Origin: an uncultured Spirochaetota bacterium
GTDB lineage: Bacteria; Spirochaetota; Spirochaetia; SZUA-6; CAVTHK01
DNA: 64,000 nt
NCBI GenBank assembly: GCA_963734495.1
Contig: CAVTHK010000011.1
Location: 448,001 to 512,000 of the forward strand
Direction: 5' to 3'
Part shown: positions 10,549-21,797 of the stretch, one piece after another
How positions within the stretch are numbered: the first letter of the stretch is position 1
Layout of the letters: the number at the start of each line of letters is the position of its first letter
Notes under the pieces: generated by a model
What the model saw: only the letters and a program-made list of their open reading frames with translations
What the model was told of the DNA's origin: nothing
Databases searched by the model: none
Position numbers and translations under genes: made by a program

Positions 10549-11524
10549 CTACACACGGTGGCAGGCTGCCCAGTGGCTCCCGCCGACGTTCCTGAGCTTC
10601 GGCACCTCGGCCTTGCAGACGTCGATGGCCTGGTAGCACCTCGGGTGGAAGGGACATCCGGGGGGCGGATTGATCGGGCTCGGCACGTCGCCGGCCAGGA
10701 TGATCCTCTGCCTGCTGCGGTCCGCCACGGGATCCGGGATCGGCACCGCCGAAAGCAGCGATATCGTGTACGGGTGAAGCGGATGGGCGTACAGCTCGTC
10801 GCTGTCGGTGATCTCGACGATCTTGCCGAGATACATCACCGCCACGCGGTCGCTGATGTTGCGCACCACCGCCAGATCGTGGGCGATAAAGAGGTAGGTC
10901 AGGTCCAGCTCTTCGCGCAGCTTCATCAGCAGCGAGATGATCTGCGCCTGGATCGAGACGTCCAGCGCGGAGACCGCCTCGTCGCACACGATGAACTTGG
11001 GCCTGACCGCCAGCGCCCGCGCGATCCCGATGCGCTGCCGCTGGCCGCCGCTGAACTCGTGAGGGTAGCGGTCGGCCATGTAGGGCTCCAGCTCCACCAT
11101 CGACAGCAGCTCCGCGACCTGCCTGCGGTACTCGGCGCCGGACGCCATCTGGTGGGCCAGCAGCGGCTCGCCGATGATGTCCCCCGCCGTCATCCGCGGG
11201 TCGAGCGAGGCGAACGGATCCTGGAAGATCGGCTGCATGTGCCGCCGCATCTTCCTCAGGCTCTCGCCCTTCATCCGCACCAGGTCCTGCCCTTCGAAGA
11301 AGACCTTGCCCGAAGTCACCTTGTAGAGCTGCAGGATGCAGTGCCCGGTCGTGGTCTTGCCGCACCCGCTTTCCCCCACCAGGCCGAGGGTCTCGCCCTT
11401 GCGGATGCCGAAGCTGACGTCGTCGACCGCCTTGACGTCGGCGACCTGCTTGCCGAGCACGCCCGGCGGTCACCGGAAAGTACATCACGAGGTTCTGGAC
11501 TTCGATCAGGTTCTCGTTCTGCAT
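10549..11524 (-). CDS. oppF: oligopeptide ABC ATP-binding protein (frameshift near 5' end)
   Basis: [33 protein letters not shown]. Confidence 0.9.
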
Positions 11525-11550
11525 CGGCGCGGGTCCCGCTTTCGGCGCTC

Positions 11551-12546
11551 CTATCTCTTGAGCTTGCTTGCGTCATAGAAGCAGGCCCGGTAGTGATTGT
11601 CGCCCACCTGCTCCAGCGGGGGCTTCTCCATGCGGCACCTGTCCATGGCGTAGTCGCAGCGCGGGGCAAACGGGCAGCCCTTCGGCAGCCGTGCCATGTT
11701 CGGCGGCAGCCCCTTGATGACCCGCAGGCTCTGCCTGCCGGGGGCTGTCCAGCCGCGGCACCGACGCGAGCAGTCCCAGCGTGTAGGGGTGCTTCGGCTC
11801 GGCGTAGATCGCCTCCGTGGGCCCGGTCTCGACCAGGCTTCCGGCGTACATCACGTTCACCCGGTCGACGTACCGCGCCACGACCCCCAGGTTGTGCGTG
11901 ATGATGATCACCGCGGCGCCGAACTCCGACCTCAGGTTGGCTATGATCTCCAGCAGCTGCGCCTGCACCGTCACGTCCAGCGACGTCGTCGGCTCGTCGG
12001 CAACCAGCAGCTCGGGATCGCAGCTCAGCGCCATCGCGATCATGATCCGCTGCTGCATCCCGCCGCTGAACTGGTGCGGGTAGTCCCTGACCCTCCGCTC
12101 GGGGTCCGGTATGCCGACCAGCTTCAGCAGCCTGCACGCTCTCGGCGCGAGCCGCCGCCTTGTCCAGGCCGCGGTGCAGCTCCAGCGACTCGGAGATCTG
12201 CCGGCCGACCGTCAGCACCGGGTTCAGCGAGGTCGTCGGCTCCTGGAACACCATGGCGATCTTGTTGCCCCTGATGTCGCGCATCCTCTCTTCGCTGACC
12301 TTCAGCAGGTCTTCGCCCTTGAAGAGGATCTCGCCGCCCACGATGATCGCCGGGAGGATAGGGGATGAGGCGCAGCAGCGACATGGCGCTCACGCTCTTG
12401 CCGCAGGCGCTCTCGCCCACGATCCCGACGCATTCGCCCTTGTTGACGTGATACGAGAGGCCGTCGACCGCTTTGACGACTCCCTCGCCGGTGTAGAAGT
12501 AGGTCTTGAGGTCCTTGACTTCCAGCAGAATCTCGTTCGTGGACAT
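11551..12546 (-). CDS. oppD: oligopeptide ABC ATP-binding protein (several frameshifts)
   Basis: [38 protein letters not shown] across frames. Confidence 0.88.
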
Positions 12547-12571
12547 ACAGACCAAGGCCTCGACAGCGTCT

Positions 12572-12600
12572 TTTGTAGCCCGGCTTCCGGCGGTTGTCAA
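12572..12600 (-). promoter_or_regulatory. candidate internal sigma70 promoter for oppD
   Basis: TTGACA-N17-TACAAA in the gap between GH39 and oppD. Confidence 0.45.
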
Positions 12601-12635
12601 CAAAGACCACCCCGCTCGGGCGATCGAGCTCTCTG

Positions 12636-14246
12636 CTACAAACCCGCAGACAGCTCGATCAGCGTCACGCTGTGAGCCTCCGCTTCGAAGCGAACGGCGA
12701 CCGTGCCGTCGCCCCCGGCCCGGGCCTGCACCGGCGGCTCCGCATGGAGCCCGGCCGCCCGCCGCAGGCGGTCGAGCTGGGCCGCATCCGGGCGCTGGGG
12801 CTCTCCCATCTCCACCCACGCCCGATACGAGTTCCCGCGCCTGCGATCGACGACCCAGCGCCTGACCGTGTACTGTCCGCCCGGCTCGAGCCCGGACACG
12901 GTCAACGACACCCCGGTGATCGACTGCACGTCCCAGTCGTCGTGATGGCTCACGAGGAAGACCTGGACGGCGCCCGTGCCGTCCTTCGCCGCGATGCCCG
13001 AAATGTCCGCGGGGGTGTCGACGCCGTCCATGCCGCTGCGTGCCAGGGGATCGCGGCTGCGGTCGCTCTCGAGCCGGAGGCGGCTGCCTCCGAGCCGCGC
13101 GAGCATGCGGAACACGCTGAGGACCGGCTTGTCGATGCCGTTGGTGCTCAGCGTGCGCAACCCCTCGAAGTATTCGCGGTCCTCGAACTCGAAGGCCCAC
13201 GTGAGCATGCCGTCGACGCGCTGCTGCGGGCGCACCATCTCGATCATCTTGCAGACCGTGCTGCCCACGTAGCTCGCGTAGTACTCGGTGTTGCGGAAGC
13301 CCAGGTTCGGGTTGTCGTGCCGGCCCCCGGCCGCCCAGCCGTCCGGGTCGCACTCCGACAGATTGACCTCCTTGCCTGCCAGCTCCGGGACCCGGGAGAG
13401 CACGTCGAGCCCCCTGGCCGTGTTGGTCAGGAGGTGACCTATGGTGGGACACTCCTTGGGAGCATCATTCCGCGTGCTGTATCTGCCGCCTTTGACGTGG
13501 AAGCTCACGTAGTCCAGCCTGGTCCCCTTTGCTCCCGTGACCGCATTCGTCCCGCGGACGCAGTGCTTCAGGAACGCTTCGAGGAACTCGCTCGAGCCCG
13601 GGTTGAGGGGCCTCGTGGTGGCCGGCCCGCCGAGGTAAGCGCCCGGGAGGACCGAGTGCAGCCCGGCCTCGGTGTAGTCGTAGAGCCGGCAGAACTCCTC
13701 GACCGTCCCCTGCCAGTACATGCCGTCCGGCTCGTTCCACAGCTCCCAGTACCACGGGCGCAGCTCGCGCGCGCCGTAGCGCTCGAGGCAGTGCCGTGCG
13801 AGCGCCTCGATGAGTCCGCGCCACTTGCCGTAGTCCCTGGGCGGGTAGCCCCACCCCGCGTCGCGGGTCGCCTCGTAGGGCACCTCGGGCGGGGCGGTGC
13901 TCAGGTCCTTCGGCATGAAGCCGATCTCCACGAAGGGGATGCACCCCGCCTCCACGATGGCGTCGAAGATCCTGTCGATGATCTTCCAGTCGTAGACCGG
14001 GTTGCCGCGCGCGTCTTGAGTGTAGACGTTGCTGGAGCCGAACTTGGGCCGCCCGGTCCCATCGCCCGAACAGAGGATGAAATGACACCGAATCCAGTAC
14101 GGCGCGTCGGACAGGGCCCCCAGCTTGCCGAGCAGCTCACGGCCGCGCGGCGTGTACGTGTAGTTCGGCTCGTCGTAGCCGACGTAGCGCCAGATCCGCC
14201 GCAGGGGCTCGCGCTGCGCGGCGTCCACTCTGACCCGTGCTTCCAC
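12636..14246 (-). CDS. GH39 glycoside hydrolase (beta-xylosidase-like), no signal peptide
   Basis: GYDEPNYTY, PFVEIGFMP, WELWNEPD, VSFHVKG. Confidence 0.9.
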   Translation of the reverse strand: MEARVRVDAAQREPLRRIWRYVGYDEPNYTYTPRGRELLGKLGALSDAPYWIRCHFILCSGDGTGRPKFGSSNVYTQDARGNPVYDWKIIDRIFDAIVEAGCIPFVEIGFMPKDLSTAPPEVPYEATRDAGWGYPPRDYGKWRGLIEALARHCLERYGARELRPWYWELWNEPDGMYWQGTVEEFCRLYDYTEAGLHSVLPGAYLGGPATTRPLNPGSSEFLEAFLKHCVRGTNAVTGAKGTRLDYVSFHVKGGRYSTRNDAPKECPTIGHLLTNTARGLDVLSRVPELAGKEVNLSECDPDGWAAGGRHDNPNLGFRNTEYYASYVGSTVCKMIEMVRPQQRVDGMLTWAFEFEDREYFEGLRTLSTNGIDKPVLSVFRMLARLGGSRLRLESDRSRDPLARSGMDGVDTPADISGIAAKDGTGAVQVFLVSHHDDWDVQSITGVSLTVSGLEPGGQYTVRRWVVDRRRGNSYRAWVEMGEPQRPDAAQLDRLRRAAGLHAEPPVQARAGGDGTVAVRFEAEAHSVTLIELSAGL

Positions 14247-14327
14247 CAGGTTGTCTCCTCGCTGATTGCCGCGGCCGGGTTTTCGCCGGGCTCCGCCGTC
14301 CCGCTCGAAGGCTCGAGTCCGCCGGGC

Positions 14328-15278
14328 TCAACTCCCCGAGCTCACATGCTCGGGCGACACATCCTTCAATTTCTTCGCCTTGACCCCGAAACGCCCGGCG
14401 CCGCCGCGCAGCCTCGGGTCCAGGAGGTCCCGTATGGCGTCTCCGAACATGTTGACCCCGTACACCACCAGGGCCAGCGCGATCCCCGGCCACAGGACCA
14501 TCCACGGCGCCCGGAACATGTAGGTGCGCCCGATGCCGCTGAGCATGCCGCCCCAGCTGGGGGTCGGCGCGGGGATCCCGAAGCCGAGGAAACTCAGGCT
14601 GGCTTCGGCGAGGATCACGTTCGGCACCCTCGTGGTGAACAGGACGATCGTCGGCGCCATGATGTTCGGCAGCACGTGGCGCAGCAGGACTCTGCGCGTG
14701 GAGCAGCCCGCGGCCACCGACGCACGCACGTACACGTTCTCCTTGATGCCGATCACGGCGCCCCTGATGATCCGCGAGCCGACGATCCCCCACCACAGCC
14801 CCAGGTTGAGGATCAGCGTGAACATGCCCGGTCCCGTGATCGAGATGATCATCATGAGAACGATGATCATGGGCAGGGACATCCAGCCGTCCACGAACCT
14901 CTGGACGACCGTGTCGAAGGTGCCGCCGGCGTAGCCGCTCAGGATGCCGATGGCGACCGAGACGATCGTGGCGAGCGTCGAGGCGGCCAGCCCCACGATC
15001 ACGGAGATGCGGGCCCCGTAGATGACGCGGCTGAGCAGGTCCCGCCCCAGGTTGTCGGTGCCCAGCAGGTACCTGGCCGACGGCGCGGCGAGGGCCTCCG
15101 AGGTATGAGTTTCGTTCATGCCGTACGGGGCGAGTGCGCCCGCGAAGATGCCGGTGAGCAGCAGGATCAGGGTGATGATCGCTCCCACCGTGCCGAGGGG
15201 CTTCTCCTTGACCAACCTCTTCGTAAACTCGACGACCCAGGGTTGTCTCCTGTCGGCCGCCGCCGCGCTGTTGCCCAT
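14328..15278 (-). CDS. dppC: peptide/nickel ABC permease
   Basis: LGTDNLGRDLLSRVIYGARIS, EASLSFLGFG, PSWGGML. Confidence 0.92.
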   Translation of the reverse strand: MGNSAAAADRRQPWVVEFTKRLVKEKPLGTVGAIITLILLLTGIFAGALAPYGMNETHTSEALAAPSARYLLGTDNLGRDLLSRVIYGARISVIVGLAASTLATIVSVAIGILSGYAGGTFDTVVQRFVDGWMSLPMIIVLMMIISITGPGMFTLILNLGLWWGIVGSRIIRGAVIGIKENVYVRASVAAGCSTRRVLLRHVLPNIMAPTIVLFTTRVPNVILAEASLSFLGFGIPAPTPSWGGMLSGIGRTYMFRAPWMVLWPGIALALVVYGVNMFGDAIRDLLDPRLRGGAGRFGVKAKKLKDVSPEHVSSGS

Positions 15279-15291
15279 TCCCGCTTCCCCT

Positions 15292-16245
15292 CTATTTGTA
15301 GTGAATCCTGGGATCCAGGAGACCGTAGGCGACGTCGACAAGCAGGTTCGAGAACACCGTAAACCAGCCCAGCACGAGCATGACCCCGCTCACGATCGTG
15401 TAGTCTCTGATCAGTACGGCGTCCAGCACGAGCCTGCCCATCCCCGGAAGGCTGAAGATCTGCTCGATGATCACCGATCCGCCGACGAGGACCGGCAGCT
15501 GGATGCCGATCAGGGTGATCACCGGGATGAGCGCGTTCTTCACGGCGTGCCTGCGGACGACGACCCCTTCCCGCAGCCCCTTGGCCCAGGCTGTCCGCAC
15601 GTAGTCCTGCCTGAGCACCTCCAGCATCATCGTCCGCGTCAGTCTCATGGTGAGCCCCGACGTCGACATCCCGAGGACGAGGGCCGGCAGCAGGAACATT
15701 TCGAGATTGCCGACCGGGTCGTCGGCGAACCTGATCAGGCTGATGGGCGGCGACCAGCCCCACCAGATGGAGGGAAATACGATGACCATCGTGCCCAGCC
15801 AGAAGCCCGGCACCGCGATGCAGAAGATCGCGAAGCTTCGGGCGATGTAGTCGCCCCAGGTGTCCTGACGCACCGCCGAATAGACGCCGATGGGCAGCGC
15901 GATCACCTGGGCTATGATCAGGCCGAGGATTCCGAGCTCGGCCGTCACCGGCCACCGGGCCGCGATGAGCTCCGTCACCGGGATGTCCTTCCAAAGCGAC
16001 TTTCCGAGGTCGCCGTGCAGCAGGACGGCGCCGATCCAGCGCGCGAACTGCACCGGTATCGAAACGTCGAGCCCGAGGGCCTTCGCAATGGCTGCCCTGT
16101 CCATCTGCTCGATACCCCAGGCCGCGGCGGCCATGGCGTCCAGGATGCTCCCCGGGATGAGGCGTATCAGAACGAAGATGATGATGCTGACGATCAGCAT
16201 GGTGGGTATCGCCAGCAGCAGCCTTCTGATGACGTAGGAGCGCAT
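15292..16245 (-). CDS. dppB: peptide/nickel ABC permease
   Basis: GDLGKSL, QDYVRTAWAKGL, IIEQIFSLPGMG. Confidence 0.92.
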   Translation of the reverse strand: MRSYVIRRLLLAIPTMLIVSIIIFVLIRLIPGSILDAMAAAAWGIEQMDRAAIAKALGLDVSIPVQFARWIGAVLLHGDLGKSLWKDIPVTELIAARWPVTAELGILGLIIAQVIALPIGVYSAVRQDTWGDYIARSFAIFCIAVPGFWLGTMVIVFPSIWWGWSPPISLIRFADDPVGNLEMFLLPALVLGMSTSGLTMRLTRTMMLEVLRQDYVRTAWAKGLREGVVVRRHAVKNALIPVITLIGIQLPVLVGGSVIIEQIFSLPGMGRLVLDAVLIRDYTIVSGVMLVLGWFTVFSNLLVDVAYGLLDPRIHYK

Positions 16246-16321
16246 GATCTGTTTCCGCCTCTTCGGATCGTCGCCTCATTCAGGGCGTCGCCGTCCGGGT
16301 TTTGCCGGGAACGCGGGCACC

Positions 16322-16357
16322 AAAAGCGGAGGGGCGGAGCACTCGTCTCCGCCCCTC
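16322..16357 (-). terminator. stem-loop after the family-5 SBP gene
   Basis: GAGGGGCGGAG-N7-CTCCGCCCCTC with TTTT 3 nt downstream on the minus strand. Confidence 0.6.
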
Positions 16358-16467
16358 GTCGTTTCATCGGCCGAAATCGTCCCTCTTGTCTATCGGCCTG
16401 TCGGACTTGCACAGGCCGGCAAGCCGCGCCGCTGCCTCCTGTCTGGCCGCGGAGGACCGCGGCCGCT

Positions 16468-18217
16468 CTAGAACCCCATCGACTTCTTGAGCTTCTGGTC
16501 GATCCAGATGCGGGACTGCATGGCCACGAAGTTGTAGTAGGCGCTCTCGACCTCGCCGTAGTAGTTCTTGACCCACGGCCAGTACGCCGTCTGGTTGTAG
16601 GGGTTCGGGAACGGGAGGTACGGGACGTCGTCCAGCCAGTGCAGCGAGATGTCCGTGAGCAGCGCGGCCCGCTTGTTCGCGTCCCTCTCCGCCTTGGCCT
16701 TGGCAAACCCATCGGAGAAGTACTTGTCGATCGTAACGGGCCGGGTTCTTGAAGCTCGTGATCAGCCCGACGCGGTCGAGGCACACCCACGGGGAGGCGG
16801 TCGACATCGTCATGATCACCGACCCGTGGTAGTCGGCGGGCCGCTCCTTGGTGCCGCGCCCGCTGACCAGGCCGCCGAGGACCGTGCCCTCGACCGGCAT
16901 CAGCTCGAGATCGACGTTGAGCCGCTTCTGCCACTGGTCCTTGAGCAGCTCGATCGCCGCCTTGCTCTTTTCGTCCGTGGCGTACATCTGCATCTTGAAG
17001 CCGTTGGGGTAGCCGGCATCGGCCAGCATCTTCTTCGCCTTGGCCGGGTCGTTCGAGTACAGCTCCTTGATGTTGTCAGGGAGCTTGTCCCCCGGGACCC
17101 AGTAGGGGGTCAGCGCGTTCAGCGGCTCGGCGTAGATGTCGGCCTCTCCGTAGACGGTCTTGGCCACGGCCGGCCAGTCGGTGCCGATCATCATGGCGCG
17201 GCGGACGTTCTTGTTGTCAAAGGGCGGCTCCGTCATCTTGAGCGACGCGAAGTCGGTCTGTCCGGCCAGGTACTTGGACAGCTTGAGGTCCGGCGAGGTC
17301 TTCTTGAGCGTGTCCGCGTACTCGAGCGGGACGTTGATCACCCAGTCGATCTTGCCCGTGCGAAGGGCCGCGATGTTGGTCGACATGTCGGGGATGATCG
17401 GAATGACCAGCTTGTCCACGAACGGCAGCTTGTACTCCTTGCCGTTGATGACCGCGGTGCCCCAGTAGTTGGGGTTCCTGTCGTAGACCGCCTGGGACCC
17501 GTCGACATAGTTCGTCAGGATGAACGGCCCCGTGCCAACGGCGTTTCTCCAGTCCGCCGGACCCGCCTTGGCGACCTCGGGCGGGTAGATGGCTTCGACG
17601 ATGCCGCGGTAGCCGAGATGGAACGCCCAGTCCGCATAGAAGCTGTTGAGCTCGATGACCAGCGTATACTTGTCTTTGGCCTCGACAGACTTGACGTAGT
17701 TGAACTCGACGTTGCCTTGCTCCCTGAACCGCTTCCACGTGCGGTTCATGCTGAAGGCGACGTCATCGGCGGTGAGCTCCCTCGCGTCCATCACGCCCTT
17801 GCGCCCGGTCCACATGACGCCGTGGCGGATGTGGTAGACGAGCGTCAGCGGTCCGCTCCACTCCCAGCTCTCGGCCAGGGCGCCCTTGAGGTACTGCTCG
17901 GGGACGAGCTCCCACGCGGTGAACGCGTACTCCTTGCTCCCCCTCGGACCGTACTTGTCGATGTCTCCGATCAGCAGCGTCTCCGCGTAGGGGCTGGTCC
18001 ACGTGTGCGCGGATATTCCCTTGGCGAGGTCGCTGGTATCCCAGGTGTTTGTTCCGTTGCCGTTCCACCAGATCTTCTGGGTGAGCGTGCCGCCGTACTG
18101 CGGCTCTCCCGTCGCCGCGGCCGCCGGAGTCTCCTTCTCCGGCTTGCCCTCCGAAAACACTGTGGCCGCCACCAGTGCGCACACCGATAGCGCCAGGACG
18201 AAGGCCTTCTTTCCCAT
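16468..18217 (-). CDS. dppA: family-5 ABC substrate-binding protein (frameshift near 16730)
   Basis: QYGGTL, LAESWE, GTGPF, PFDNKNVRRAM; tail ...KKSMGF* in another frame. Confidence 0.9.
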
Positions 18218-18593
18218 AGTCACTCCTCCGGTCCAGACTTCAGATCAAAATCCTAAGTCCGGAACCGCCATCCGTCAAGGACTAAGTTTGAAGGCAGGCG
18301 CGGCGGCCCGGGCGAGCACGCGGCGCGGGAGGCGCGTGCCCGGGCGCGCCGCAGGCGGCTCGCGGCGCTGTTTCCCGGCCGCGGACCGTCCCGACGAGAG
18401 TTGATTGACACCGGAGGGGCGGCCCCAATACTGTGCGAGCGCGCCCGCGCCGGCGCGAGATGTCGCGCAGGTGTGCAAGACGGCTATTCGACAACGATAC
18501 GAGGCTTCATGCAGCCGATGAACCCGTGGACCGGTGAGCGCTCGACCACGCGGCGCGGCCTGCTCTCCGCCGCCGCGCGCGGCGGAGGCGCCG

Positions 18594-19538
18594 ATGCGTG
18601 AAGCGCCGGCCGCCGCCGCGTCGCGTGCGCGCATCGACGCCGTCGGGTCGCTCGCGATGCTGGCGACCGCGGCCAACTTTGTCGCGGTTCCGCTCATCGT
18701 CCGGTCCATCACGGGCTACGTCGACACCTGGGTCCAGAACGCCCTCCGGTACGGCGTGGCCTTCGTCGTGTGGGCGCCCTTTCTCCTCGTGCGCGTCGCG
18801 CAGGGGCGCGTGGAGCGGAAAATCTGGCTCAAGGCTCTCGTGCCGACGGTGCTCAACCTGCTGCAGCAAGTCCTGTTCACGACCAGCCTCTACTACCTCG
18901 AGCCGGGCATCATGAGCCTGCTCTCGAAGACGTCGCTCCTCTGGATCATGATCTTCGCCATGGTCATCTTTCCGGACGAGCGCAGCCTCCTCCGCGACAG
19001 GTTCTTCCGGGCGGGCGTCCCCCTCTGCGTGGCCGGCGCGGTGGGTGTGATGGTCCTGGACCGGAGCTTTTCGACGGGCGGCACCGCAACGGGGATCGTC
19101 CTCACGCTCGCGTGCGCCCTGAGCTGGGGCGCCTACACGGTGTCGGCGCGGTATTTCCTCAGGGAGCTCGACTCCCGCACCGCGTTCGCGGTCGTGGCCG
19201 TCTACACCACGGCGGCGCTCGTCGGGCTCGCGCTCCTGTTCGGCGACCCCATGCGGGGCCTGCGGATGCCGGCAGCGGGCTGGGCGGGCGTCATCGTCAC
19301 GGGCTTTCTCGGAATCGCCGTCGGCCACGTGCTCTACTTCGTGGCCATCAAGAGGATCGGTACCACCATCTCGGCGCTCTTCCTTCTGATCACGCCGCTC
19401 GGCGTCTACGCGGTCTCGACCTTCACGCTGGGCGAAACGATGAGCCTGGCGCAGTGGCTCTCCGGCCTGCTGCTGCTCGGAGGAGCCGCGCTGGTGCTCT
19501 GGTCGCAGAAGAGCTTCGGGCCAAACCGCGCCGGCTGA
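18594..19538 (+). CDS. EamA/DMT family transporter
   Basis: About 10 TM segments in two repeats; GGAGG RBS. Confidence 0.85.
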   Translation: MREAPAAAASRARIDAVGSLAMLATAANFVAVPLIVRSITGYVDTWVQNALRYGVAFVVWAPFLLVRVAQGRVERKIWLKALVPTVLNLLQQVLFTTSLYYLEPGIMSLLSKTSLLWIMIFAMVIFPDERSLLRDRFFRAGVPLCVAGAVGVMVLDRSFSTGGTATGIVLTLACALSWGAYTVSARYFLRELDSRTAFAVVAVYTTAALVGLALLFGDPMRGLRMPAAGWAGVIVTGFLGIAVGHVLYFVAIKRIGTTISALFLLITPLGVYAVSTFTLGETMSLAQWLSGLLLLGGAALVLWSQKSFGPNRAG

Positions 19539-19607
19539 GCCGTGGCCGCGGCGGCGCCGGCGGCAATATCTTGTGTACACGTGCCGCTCGAGCGGGCAGG
19601 AGGGGGC

Positions 19608-20372
19608 GTGTACACGACCGACATGTATGAAGGGATGCTCGCCGAGACCGTGGCCCTCCGCGGGGCGCGCGGCGATGCCGTCAACGCGTACTTCGCCCGG
19701 CCCCTGGGGCCGGGGCCATTTCCGGGGATGGTGCTGATCCATCACGCGCCCGGGTGGGACGAGTGGTACCGCGAGGCCACCCGCAGGTTCGCCCACTACG
19801 GCTACCTGTCGATCTCACCGGACCTCTACGGCCGCGTGGGGCACGGCACGCCGGAAGACGTGGCGGCGCAGGTGCGCGCGGCCGGCGGAGTGCCTGACGA
19901 CGACGCCGTCGGCGACGTCGAGGCGGGCATGCGGTACCTGCGGCTGCAGCCGTACTGCAGCGGCAAGGTCGGCGTCTTCGGCACGTGCTCCGGCGGCCGG
20001 CACGCCGTGCTGGCCGCGTCGCGGGTCAAAGGCTTCGATGCCTGCGTGGACTGCTGGGGCGGGCGCGTGGTGATGACCGCCGCCGACCTCACGCCCAGGC
20101 AGCCGGTGGCGCCGATCGAGTACACGAAAGACCTCTCGTGTCCGCTGCTCGGCCTCTTCGGGCAGGAGGACAAGGGCCCTACCCCCGAGCAGGTGGCCCT
20201 CCACGAGCAGGAGCTCAAGAAGCACGGCAAGAGCTACGAGTTCCACATGTACCCGAACGCGGGCCACGGGTTCTTCTACTACAACAGGCCGGCCTACAGG
20301 CAGGAGCAGGCCGTCGACGGCTGGAACAAGATCTTCGCGTTTCTCGAAAAGTACCTGGGCGCGCCGGCGTAG
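19608..20372 (+). CDS. dienelactone hydrolase family protein
   Basis: GTCSGG nucleophile elbow, YPNAGHGFF. Confidence 0.9.
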   Translation: MYTTDMYEGMLAETVALRGARGDAVNAYFARPLGPGPFPGMVLIHHAPGWDEWYREATRRFAHYGYLSISPDLYGRVGHGTPEDVAAQVRAAGGVPDDDAVGDVEAGMRYLRLQPYCSGKVGVFGTCSGGRHAVLAASRVKGFDACVDCWGGRVVMTAADLTPRQPVAPIEYTKDLSCPLLGLFGQEDKGPTPEQVALHEQELKKHGKSYEFHMYPNAGHGFFYYNRPAYRQEQAVDGWNKIFAFLEKYLGAPA

Positions 20373-20410
20373 CCGGCATAGGCGTTTTGAATCGTGCAAG
20401 GAGTCTCGTG

Positions 20411-20764
20411 ATGTGTACCATGATCGCGCAACAGGTCCCGGTCTACGGCAGCGGAAAGGCCGCCGCGGGCTGGTTCGACGTGCGGCAGGCTGACGTGTCC
20501 TACGACCACCCCTTTCACCTGGGGAGCGAGCACGCGCTGAACCTCGACTTCGTCAACGAAGCCCTGGGCCCCGGCGCGCGCGTCGCCGTCGAGCTCACCG
20601 CCGAGTCGGCGAGGGCGCTGGCCGCCACGATCCTGGCCGTGCTCGAGCGCGCCGAGGCGGGCGGCCACGTCGCCGAGGAGCCCCACGTGCATCCCGCGGT
20701 CAACGCGGGCGCAGCGGCCACGTCGGGAACGCCACCTGCCCGGGCACGGCCACCCGCCGCGTGA
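20411..20764 (+). CDS. conserved hypothetical protein (DUF6295-like)
   Basis: MCTMI..GSGK..GWF..SYDHPFH..HALNLDFVN..GPGARVAVEL; AGGAG RBS. Confidence 0.75.
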   Translation: MCTMIAQQVPVYGSGKAAAGWFDVRQADVSYDHPFHLGSEHALNLDFVNEALGPGARVAVELTAESARALAATILAVLERAEAGGHVAEEPHVHPAVNAGAAATSGTPPARARPPAA

Positions 20765-21666
20765 ACAGGCTCTTGCCCGCCGTGATGTAGAGCGTGCGGC
20801 CGTCGTCCCCGCCGAACGCGAGGTTGGTGAGCGTGTCCTCGTGGACCGGGATGCGGCCGAGCAATTTTCCCTCGGGCGTCATCACGTAGATCCCGGGCGG
20901 CACCTCGGCGGTCTCGTGCGGGCCGCGGGGCACCATGATCCCGGCGGCCACGTAGAGGTTGCCCTCGACGTCGAGGCGCATGCCGTCGCCGCCGCGGCCG
21001 GGCGCGAAGTCGAAGACCAGCGCGCTGATGGCCCGGGTTGCCGTCCGCGTCGAGGTCGAAGCGCCAGACCTTGCGGTTGCCGCCGACGACGGGGCAGCTG
21101 TCGATCACATAGAGGGCCTTCGAATCCTGCGTCACCGCGATGCCGTTCGGTCTCTGTATGTCCGGCTGGGAGATGACCCGACGGACCGCGCCGTCGAGAT
21201 CGATCCGGTAGACGCCTTCTTCTTTCATCTCCATGGTCGAGCGGTCGGAGTAGAGGGGGTCGGTAAAGTAGACGCGGCCCCGACCGTCGACGCAGATGTC
21301 GTTGGGCGCGTTGTAGCGCTTTCCCTCGTAGCGCTCGGTGATCACCTCGAAGGCGCCGGTCGCGAGGTCCGTCCTCGTCACGCGCCTGCCGCCGCCGGGG
21401 CCGAACTCGGCGCCCTCGCAGTGCCAGAGGCGGCCCTGGCGGTCGAAGGTCTGGCCGTTGGTGCGGCGGCTCGGCTCCCTGAAGACGGTGCACTTGCCGT
21501 CGCGGTCGAGCCTGAGGATGCGGTTGCCCATGATGTCGGAAAAGTAGACGTTGCCTTCGCCGTCCACGGCCGGCCCCTCGGTAAAGGCGAGGGTCACCGC
21601 GGTCGCGAGTGGTTCCGGCTCGGCACCGCGCGGCAGACCGAGCTTGTCGTAGCTTGCTTTGCCCAT
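20700..21666 (-). CDS. SMP-30/gluconolactonase/LRE family protein (frameshifted)
   Basis: FTEGP, YNAPND, RPNGI, MRLDVEGNLY, TNLAFGG. Confidence 0.88.
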
Positions 21667-21707
21667 GCGGGGAGTGTAGCAGAACGAGGCGCCCGCGTGG
21701 AGCGTTC

Positions 21708-21735
21708 TTGACGCGGGCAGGCGCCGATCTATAAT
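21708..21735 (+). promoter_or_regulatory. sigma70-type promoter for GH31
   Basis: TTGACG-N16-TATAAT. Confidence 0.6.
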
Positions 21736-21797
21736 CGGCTCTTCGACGGGCGCCCGGCGGGGCAGCCTTCATTCTAGTCCTCTTCGAGGTCAAAGAC

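Noticed and set aside
9593-11524. 643-aa OppF-PPIase fusion
   Set aside because: Artefact of the oppF frameshift; oppF ends at 10549 and the PPIase has its own start at 10522.
12594-15362. Very long antisense ORFs (e.g. 922 aa here, 825 aa at 27998, 876 aa at 38326)
   Set aside because: Shadow ORFs of real genes in high-GC DNA; no recognisable motifs.
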